Below, piece by piece: positions 21,619-29,900 of a stretch of 64,000 nucleotides of DNA. The notes beneath the pieces were generated by a model that saw nothing but the letters and a program-made list of their open reading frames with translations, was not told the DNA's origin and searched no databases. The position numbers and the translations under genes are program-made. This stretch comes from an uncultured Methanosarcinales archaeon (GTDB lineage: Archaea > Nanobdellota > Nanobdellia > Woesearchaeales > CAXGTL01), in assembly GCA_964535955.1 (NCBI GenBank), contig CAZHVK010000004.1, forward strand, positions 70,222 through 134,221, in the 5' to 3' direction. How positions within the stretch are numbered: position 1 is the first letter of the stretch; every line of letters starts with the position of its first letter.

Positions 21619-22611
21619 ATGCAATCAATAATAAAAGTAAAAAACTTAAAAAAAAGCTTTAAAACATTCAAAAGAGAAGCTGGTTTATTTAATGCATTCA
21701 AGTCAATGTTTACAAGAAAATATAAATTGACATATGCATTAAAAGGAATCAGTTTTGAAGTACCAAAAGGTGAGATATTAGGCTTTATAGGGCCTAATGG
21801 TGCTGGTAAATCAACCACAATTAAAGCCTTGTCAGGTATACTTTACCCTAGCTCAGGTATTGTTAAGGTAATGGGCTTTGTACCATGGAAAGATCGTGTA
21901 AAATATGTCAAGAACATAGGTGTAGTATTTGGGCAAAAGTCTCAGCTTCATTGGGATCTGCCTCCAATAGACACATATTACTTGAACAAGGAATTATATC
22001 AAACCCGTGATAAATCATTCAAAAGAAGACTAAAATATATGGTTGATTTATTAGACCTTCATGAGGTTATAAAAACACCTGTAAGAGATCTTTCCTTAGG
22101 TGAACGAATGAAATGCAAACTAGTAGCAGCATTACTACATAATCCTAGTATTGTGTTTTTAGATGAACCTACAATTGGGCTTGATGCAATTGCAAAACAC
22201 AAGCTAAGAGAGTTTGTTAAATATGTTAATGAGAAATATAAAACAACATTCATCATAACAACTCATAATATGGATGATATTGAGAAACTGTGTAAAAGAA
22301 TAATAATTATTAACAATGGTGCTATTGTATATAATGGTGCATTAGACAAGATCAAGAAAAGCTATGTCAAGTATAAATTATTAGATGTCAAATTTGATGA
22401 TAAAGCACCAGGCTTTAGATTCCCTGGGTGTAAAGTTATTTCAAGAGACAAGTATGAACTAAAGATAGAAGTAAACACAGAAAAACAATCAGTAAAATCA
22501 GTTGTTGATTACTTGATAAAACACTATCCTTTTGAAGATTTGATTATCAGTGATCCACCTATTGAAGAGATTATTCAACTTATTTATCAGTCAAAGAATA
22601 AGATAGAATAA
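21619..22611 (+). CDS. ABC transporter ATP-binding protein (ABC-2 exporter type)
   Basis: GPNGAGKST, LSLGER, FLDEPTIGLD, TTHNM. Confidence 0.95.
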   Translation: MQSIIKVKNLKKSFKTFKREAGLFNAFKSMFTRKYKLTYALKGISFEVPKGEILGFIGPNGAGKSTTIKALSGILYPSSGIVKVMGFVPWKDRVKYVKNIGVVFGQKSQLHWDLPPIDTYYLNKELYQTRDKSFKRRLKYMVDLLDLHEVIKTPVRDLSLGERMKCKLVAALLHNPSIVFLDEPTIGLDAIAKHKLREFVKYVNEKYKTTFIITTHNMDDIEKLCKRIIIINNGAIVYNGALDKIKKSYVKYKLLDVKFDDKAPGFRFPGCKVISRDKYELKIEVNTEKQSVKSVVDYLIKHYPFEDLIISDPPIEEIIQLIYQSKNKIE

Positions 22612-22620
22612 AAAAACAAA

Positions 22621-22730
22621 ATGAAACTGGCGTCTGTAAGACAAGTGAGTACCCACACAGATCATAAGAAAACAAGGACTTTCAATACAACATTAGAAAA
22701 ACATTGAAAGTACGAACGAGCCAGTTTCAT
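22621..22730. ncRNA. putative structured element, copy 1 (homologous to 45795-45908)
   Basis: Terminal IR ATGAAACTGGC/GCCAGTTTCAT; inner hairpin ACTTTCAAT/ATTGAAAGT; core CGTCTGTAAGACAAGTGA and GAACGAG shared with copy 2. Confidence 0.6.
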
Positions 22731-22820
22731 GATCCTTCCATACCTACCCCCAACCTCCCACCCTAGCAAGGTATAAGGTAAATAAAGGGTAAATAAAATA
22801 AAACAAAAACCAAAAGAAAA

Positions 22821-23621
22821 ATGAACATAAAAAAATACACAGCATTAATGAGAATAGGATTTAAAATAGCTGTGGCTTACAGATTCCATGGCATAGTTTC
22901 AATAATCATGACTCCAGTTTCATTGATTGTGTTTTATTTTTTATGGCAATCTATTTATTCATACACAGGAGAAACATTGATAAGAGGTTTTACATTTGAA
23001 GCATTGATAGGTTATTATGCACTTTCAATGATAATTGCCTTTTTTACGTGGAGCCATGTTGATAAAGATATAGAATCTGATGTAAGGCATGGTCACCTAA
23101 TCTTTAAAATGTTACAGCCAGTAAGTCATTGTTTGAATAGTTTTTTCATTGAACTGGGTATTCATAGTTATACAATTTTAATAGAAACAATTCCAATATT
23201 TTTGATAGGATATTTATTTTTTTATGTACCATTAGTTTCAGCAATAACAATAACTTTATTTTTCATATCATTGATGATGGCAGCTGTCTTATATTACCAG
23301 TTTGCATATTTTTTAGGATTATCAGCATTCTGGTTAAAAAGAATAGATGGAATCAGAAGGATGAGATCTCCATTGATAGCATTTTTATCAGGAGGAATCC
23401 TACCATTAACATTTTTTCCAGTATGGTACACAGACATACATCATTTACTACCATTCCAATACATGAGATATGTTCCAATCATGATTTATTTAGAACAAGT
23501 GCCATTTAACAATGTTTTATTATTAATGTTAGGTCAGTTTTTATGGATACTTGGCTTTGCATTTATCATAAAAATAATTTGGAACATTGCATATAAAAAA
23601 TTTTCAGGTGTAGGAACATGA
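22821..23621 (+). CDS. ABC-2 family permease
   Basis: 6 TM; FLSGGILPLTFFP..LPFQY. Confidence 0.9.
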   Translation: MNIKKYTALMRIGFKIAVAYRFHGIVSIIMTPVSLIVFYFLWQSIYSYTGETLIRGFTFEALIGYYALSMIIAFFTWSHVDKDIESDVRHGHLIFKMLQPVSHCLNSFFIELGIHSYTILIETIPIFLIGYLFFYVPLVSAITITLFFISLMMAAVLYYQFAYFLGLSAFWLKRIDGIRRMRSPLIAFLSGGILPLTFFPVWYTDIHHLLPFQYMRYVPIMIYLEQVPFNNVLLLMLGQFLWILGFAFIIKIIWNIAYKKFSGVGT

Positions 23622-24400
23622 GATATTTTAGAATATTTTGGAAATATGTAAGTCTTGATTTAAGTAGTGAATTCAGGTATAAGCTAAACATAGCTATGAA
23701 ATTCCTAAGCTTGATTATAATGGATTTCATAGGTCCATTGATAGCATTACTTATCTATGCAAATACTTTAGGAATTCCTGGTTGGACATTGTATGAGTTT
23801 TTACTATTCCAAGGAACTCTTACAATAGTGCTTGGTTTAGGCCATGCATTTGCATTCAGGTTTGCTTGGGAAGTGATGGACATGGTCAGACATGGTGAAC
23901 TGGATAAAATAATGGTTAAACCATTAAAACCTTTGACAAATCTGATGCTAGGATCATTTAATTTTCCAGGTGTAGCAGAAATAACAGCAGGCTTAGTTAT
24001 AATAGTTATAGCACTATCAAACCTTAACCTTGGTTTTACATGGAACTATATTCCTTATATAATGTTTATCTTACTAGGTGTCTTGTTTCAGCTTGGTGTG
24101 GCAACTTTGATATCAGCATCTGCAATATTATTCATAAAATCATGGGCATTGTTTGATGTTTGGTTCCATACTATCAATTTTGCTAGATACCCTGCTATGA
24201 TATTCAGCCTTGGAATCAGGTTCATAATCACATTTATATTTCCAATTGCAGTTGCATCATTTTTTCCAGCAGCAGCATTATTAGGAAGACTATCATTATG
24301 GGAAACTACATTACCAATGCTTTCAGTGATTGTGTTTTATATAGTGACACGTATATTTTGGTACATGGCAATGAGAAAGTATACAAGTGCTGGTGGGTGA
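23618..24400 (+). CDS. ABC-2 family permease
   Basis: GELDKIMVKP, FARYP, C-terminal YTSAGG. Confidence 0.9.
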   Translation: MRYFRIFWKYVSLDLSSEFRYKLNIAMKFLSLIIMDFIGPLIALLIYANTLGIPGWTLYEFLLFQGTLTIVLGLGHAFAFRFAWEVMDMVRHGELDKIMVKPLKPLTNLMLGSFNFPGVAEITAGLVIIVIALSNLNLGFTWNYIPYIMFILLGVLFQLGVATLISASAILFIKSWALFDVWFHTINFARYPAMIFSLGIRFIITFIFPIAVASFFPAAALLGRLSLWETTLPMLSVIVFYIVTRIFWYMAMRKYTSAGG

Positions 24401-24443
24401 TGTAATTATTTTCTTTTCTTTTCTTTTGTCAACCATATATCAC

Positions 24444-26756
24444 TTAAATAGAAACATACTTATGCACAACTTCTTTGATATAATCTAGATCATGCAATCC
24501 ATTAACAAATCTAGAAGGGACCTTTTCAAATCCATTATATGCACCGCTTATTGCACAAGCCATTGCACCAATTGAATCAGAATCACCAGAATGATTGATT
24601 GAAGTTATCAATGTTTTTTCAAAATCATCAGGACTGTGTAAAAAACTATACAAAGCACATGGTATTGTTCCAAGTGTACCTTTTCCTTTTCTTTTTTTGA
24701 CATCACGTGTTAAAGGCAGCTGCTCCAATGCTTCTGCTGGGTCTTGATCAATCATTTGGTTAAGGTATTGAAGTTCTGTTGCAAGTTCTAGTGATATTGG
24801 CTTTATTTTTTCAATTATTTCATCTAAATATTTTTGTTTATCAAATCCTGGTTTAAGATCATATGCTTTTTGTATTGCATAACCAATTGCCAGAGAACCT
24901 GCAATTGCTAGATTATTTTTGTGAGTTATTTTAGCTTGCTTGATAAGATCTTCTTCTAAATCCTTTGCTTGGGCAGATACAGGAGCAACCCTCATTGCAG
25001 CACCGCAACCAGTTGAATCATTTCCAGTGAATCTCCAATTAACACCTGCATACAATTTTCTAAAAGCCATTAGTGCCATGTATCCATAACCAATGTTTTT
25101 ATCAAAATCATCATCTATTTGTTTTCCAATTTCTCCAAATCTTTTTGATATGTCATATGGATCTATATATCCTCTGTCCACAACAGAATTTATTATTTCT
25201 AGAGCAAGTTCTCCATCATCACTATAACTTCCTGCAGGCATTTGATATCCTCTTCTGTGAAGATTATCAACATAGTCATCAACAGTACCGAATATTCTTT
25301 TTATTTTTTCAATAGGTAGTCCTTCAATAGGCAATCCCATTGCATCTCCAATTATTGTTCCATAGATACTTCCTTTAACTTTATCCTTATTATTGTTTAA
25401 CCTTGGTTTTACTTGTTTTTCCAACTTTTCAGAATCAACCATTGATTCAACAAAATTTAAAATATCTTTATCTCTTTCTTTTGAAAAATCATAAGACTTC
25501 ACAATTTTAGGATTTAATCTAGACATAAGTCTTATTGCTTCTTCTCTTACACCAGGATCTTTGTCACTAAAATAATTTAATATTCTTTTTTGACCAGCTT
25601 CATCAATATTTTTCATTCTTCCAATCATATTGATTGCAAGCGACCTTATGTATGGATCTTCTGAATCAAGTCCTTGAGATATTTCTGTTTTATACTCATT
25701 TAGGTTTGTCTCATGCAACAAAAGCGCAGCATATGTCCATTTATCTCTATCATCTTCTGATAAATATTCTAATGCAAGTTTACTTACTTTTTCATGTTTA
25801 AACCTTGATAACGCTCTTCCTGTAGTCCATCTGACAAGCATATCAGAATCATCTAATCTTTTGACAAGATAATCAATTGATTTAGGATTTTGTATATAAC
25901 CAAGTGTTTGAGCAGCATATTTTCTTATTCTTCCGCTGTTATCATTTAATAATTTATGAAGTAATATCATTGTTCTTCTGATTGGTGTGTGTTTTATTTT
26001 TTTCATAGCTTTTATTTTTTTGTCTCTTGAATCCCCATTTATCATCTCTAGTGTTTTTACATAATCCTCTACTTCATCAGATAAAGGCATTAATTCATCT
26101 GTTGGAACAAAAACAGCATATGATATTTTTTCTTTTTTAAGATGTTCTATAACTTTTCCATTTAACAAGTGTCTAAGACCTAAAATTTGAAACTTTTTTT
26201 CTGGAAACTTAGTGATTCCAAAATCTCCATATACAAAATTATAATCTCTTTGATCATTTATTTTTTGGAATTCTTCTACAATTCTTTCATTTTCCTCAGT
26301 CATTTGTAGATAATTCTCAGGCAGTTTATTTCTTATTTCTCTCAATTTTTCAACTAATTTATGATCATCATTAAATACACATATAACATTTCTATTACCT
26401 AGTTGTTTTTTAATATCATGTATATAACTTTCAGAAACATTAAAATATTTATAGATCACTTTTCCATTAAACCCTTCCATAAGTATTATATTTTCATGTT
26501 CAACACAGTCTAAGAGCACTTTTTCAATATTCTCAGCAAACCATTCAATATTTTGAGGATGATAATCACCTATTAATATTACATCAGGATCATCAGAAGT
26601 ATGATCATACAATACAAAACCTTCTTGTTCCATATTTTTATTTATATTATCTAGATAAGAATCTTCTACAATAGCAGTTAAATTTCGAGACTCATGACTC
26701 TTTTTTAATCTGTCTAATGATTCTCTTGAATTAAGTTCTTCTGGTCTTTTTTTCAT
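24444..26756 (-). CDS. three-part fusion: possible TraB/EreA/ChaN-like N-domain + HEAT repeats + ADP-ribosylglycohydrolase
   Basis: C-term IGDAMGLPIEG, YSDDG, GCGAAMRVAP, ITH, GDSDSIGA; central VRW..GRAL / VREEAI HEAT repeats; N-term LIGDYH..MEG..LGLRH (N-domain call weak). Confidence 0.85.
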   Translation of the reverse strand: MKKRPEELNSRESLDRLKKSHESRNLTAIVEDSYLDNINKNMEQEGFVLYDHTSDDPDVILIGDYHPQNIEWFAENIEKVLLDCVEHENIILMEGFNGKVIYKYFNVSESYIHDIKKQLGNRNVICVFNDDHKLVEKLREIRNKLPENYLQMTEENERIVEEFQKINDQRDYNFVYGDFGITKFPEKKFQILGLRHLLNGKVIEHLKKEKISYAVFVPTDELMPLSDEVEDYVKTLEMINGDSRDKKIKAMKKIKHTPIRRTMILLHKLLNDNSGRIRKYAAQTLGYIQNPKSIDYLVKRLDDSDMLVRWTTGRALSRFKHEKVSKLALEYLSEDDRDKWTYAALLLHETNLNEYKTEISQGLDSEDPYIRSLAINMIGRMKNIDEAGQKRILNYFSDKDPGVREEAIRLMSRLNPKIVKSYDFSKERDKDILNFVESMVDSEKLEKQVKPRLNNNKDKVKGSIYGTIIGDAMGLPIEGLPIEKIKRIFGTVDDYVDNLHRRGYQMPAGSYSDDGELALEIINSVVDRGYIDPYDISKRFGEIGKQIDDDFDKNIGYGYMALMAFRKLYAGVNWRFTGNDSTGCGAAMRVAPVSAQAKDLEEDLIKQAKITHKNNLAIAGSLAIGYAIQKAYDLKPGFDKQKYLDEIIEKIKPISLELATELQYLNQMIDQDPAEALEQLPLTRDVKKRKGKGTLGTIPCALYSFLHSPDDFEKTLITSINHSGDSDSIGAMACAISGAYNGFEKVPSRFVNGLHDLDYIKEVVHKYVSI

Positions 26757-26842
26757 TATTCTGCCTATGTTTATATATGACTTTATTTTAATATTATATT
26801 GATATTATATAGCACCTACATATATATAATTACTAGAACTAG

Positions 26843-26858
26843 TATATAAATCTTTTGT
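26843..26858 (-). promoter_or_regulatory. BRE/TATA promoter for the ARH fusion gene
   Basis: Minus strand ACAAAAGATTTATATA in the intergenic gap upstream of the gene. Confidence 0.5.
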
Positions 26859-26913
26859 TTTTTACTACTCAAAAGTAATCCTTCAAAACCCTTCAATTAT
26901 ACCTCTACAAGCT

Positions 26914-29900
26914 CTAAGAAGCTGCTTTCAGCATTTTTATTGCTTCTTCCCTTGTATGTATCAGGCCTTTAGCTTGCCAAGATTTAACCATGTTCATGTA
27001 CTTGCCTACTTCTGGTCCTGGCTTGACCTCTTTTATACTCATTATGTCACCACCTGTCAAGAATGGTTTTGCTTTAGGAGCTGGTTTAAGACTGAAATCA
27101 CCCAATGGTTTGGGCTTTAATTTAACAATATTATTGCCAAGATCCACCACATCTCCTCCTTCTAGACCAGATAAATGGGCATAAACACTCATCCTAGTCT
27201 CAGGACTTACATGTTCAGGTACACTCTTTCCTGGAATACATCTTCCCCACCCATCACCTTCAACCAAAACAACCTTTACTTTGCCTAACTGTCCTGTTTT
27301 TTTAAGTAATTCAATTACTTCATCTCTTCTTTCCATACTAGCTACAATCACACCTTTTGATAGGTCTGTTTGTTCAAATGGATGATGTCCTTCTATTCTT
27401 CCAAAAGCAGTATAATCATTTGCTCTTGCAGCACCACTTTCACCAAGTGTACTAGCATAATATTCATACCTTGATTCCGGTGTGTCTAATATTTCTTCTA
27501 GTTTTTCTCCTTGTTTTATTCTTTGTTTAATTTGTTCTTCAACTGGGTTTTTTTGTTTATTTGGTTTTGATTCTACATACTGTCTATACTTTGGATCATT
27601 TAATATGTCTTCTAATTTTTCACCTTGTGATAGTCTTTTGTTCATTTGTTCTAAAAATTGATTTTTTGGTGATTTTGGATTTGTTTCTAAATAATATCTA
27701 TACATATCTTGTTCAGTGAATGAACCTTTTTTTATCTGTTCTAAAGAATAACCTTTTTGTAATTTTCTTTCTACCATATCAATTACCATATTTTCACTAA
27801 GAAACTCTTTTGCATTTTCAGCATCCATAACACCATCTATTTTTTTACCAAAAGAGGTTCCTCCTTTTTGTAAAGCTATATTTTTTTGCACACCATTTTT
27901 AAGATCGCCAGGTAAATAAACACTTCCATCATCCAGAATTCTGGGCAGATAAAAAAATTCTACATCACCATATTGGTACGATGGATCAAGCATAGTAAAC
28001 ACATCTCCTTTAGATCCTTTTAAAGCATCTCTTGGACTTGGAATATCACGAGGTTTTAAAGAACCTGTTTCCAAGATTCTTTCAAGATTTTCAAAACTAG
28101 TTGAATGTGAATAACCTAAACTTTCTACTACTGCTTTTGACTGCCCTCTAAATTCCTGCATCAATGCTTGTATTTCTTCTGGTTTGACACCTGTTCTTGC
28201 AGCTACTTGTTGTATTTGTTGTTGTACTAATACTTCTCTGTTGTGCACAGAATTTTTCATTGCATTTTCCCTATACACTCTGAACATTGCTTCATCAAAA
28301 GCAGCATTATCTTCTTGTCTTAGTTTTAATAGATCATGTTCTTCTTTTATCACACTTTTTCTATCTGTATCTTGAGTCAATGTGTGTTCTATTTTTTGTC
28401 TCATTGATGCAACACTTTCTTCAGAAGCTTTTGCAGTGCTAAACCCTTCCATGTCAGACTGAAGTACTACACTAAATTCTCCCTTTTTTGTCACAAACAA
28501 TATTGTTTCCAAACCATTTTCAGATTTTATCACATATCCTGGACAACCATTTTTAACACTCCTGAACTCAATATTAGGATCATTAAGATTTATCTCTTTT
28601 CCTTGATAAACAATCACAGGACTACCATCACTGCCTTTTAAAACAGAAAGATCATCATCAAGATTTTCAAATGATATAAGTGCTGCTTGATCAGCTTTAT
28701 ATTCTCCTTGTAATAATACTGCTGCTTTTTCTGAAAATCTATCTTTTCCAATCTTTAGCTCTTGTCTTATCTTATCATCTAATGCATCTGCCACACCTGC
28801 ATCTTCTGTAACTGCATCATTCACTTTTTGTTCCAAGCTTGCATCAACTTGTTCTCCTTTTAGATAGAATTCAGTTTGAATTTCTTTTGCAGTCATCAAT
28901 CTTTTTAGGTCATCTGTTGTAGGTTCAGACATTTCAGCATTAAAAAGTGCTTGCAAAGTCATTGGTTCATCTATTGTTTTTCCATCTAATGCTGCTATTG
29001 CTTGTTCAAATTTATACTGTGCATCTGCTGCTTTGAACATTTGTTCCATGCCTTGTTTGACTTCAGTAATATCATGAAACCTTGGACTATTAAGATCAAC
29101 ATTTTTTGCAATAAAGAATGAATTGCCATTAGGATCCATGACTTTCCATCCACCTTCAAGTACTTCCATGTTTTTTAGAGCTAATTTACCTGCATTAAAT
29201 GTAGTGTCAGCTGCAAGAACATTCAATGTTTCACCATCAATAACAGTAAGTTTTGAAGTAGCTTCTAGACCTTGTTCAAGAAGATAATCAGCATCAGGCC
29301 CACCATCCAGAGCCATAACAAGTAATTCTAATGATGGATGAATATATCCTGCACCTTCTTCTATTACTTCGACACCAACTTCTGCTAATACTTTTGTAAC
29401 AACTCCTCCAGCATGTCCTAATTTTGCTTTAGCCAGAGCAAGTGTTTTTACCATCTTAGCACCAGTTGTTGTTGATGACAACAAAGCACCACCACCTTTT
29501 GCAATCAAACCATATCCTGCTAATGCAGCAGGGTTTGCAATTGCAAAAGCAGTTGAACCAATGCTGTATTGAGCAAATTCATCACCTACTAAGAATGCAT
29601 CTTTGAATTTTGATCCAGACCCTTCACCAGTTATACTTACATAAAGTTCTTTTGCTTGAGCAGCGATCTTTTCATCAGTTGAAGCCATTAATTGTTTTGA
29701 TATTACTGATGCTGCTGCTTGAAAATTATCTTGTGATCTGTATTTGATAGCAGCTTGAAGTTTTTTTGCTTCTATTTCCTCAACACTTGGTAATTCTTTG
29801 TTCCATCCTTGTGTTTGTATTGCAACTTGCATCATTGGATTATTTTCCAAAGATTCAGAAACAGCTTGTGTATACAATATTGTTTCTCTTGTTCTTGGGT

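Noticed and set aside
22621..22707. 28-aa ORF MKLASVRQ...
   Set aside because: Coincides with the structured element, has no SD and is not preserved in copy 2
22621..22730. Integron attC site or MITE
   Set aside because: AAC...GTT termini are present, but the fold is branched, there is no cassette array or integrase, and no clear target-site duplication
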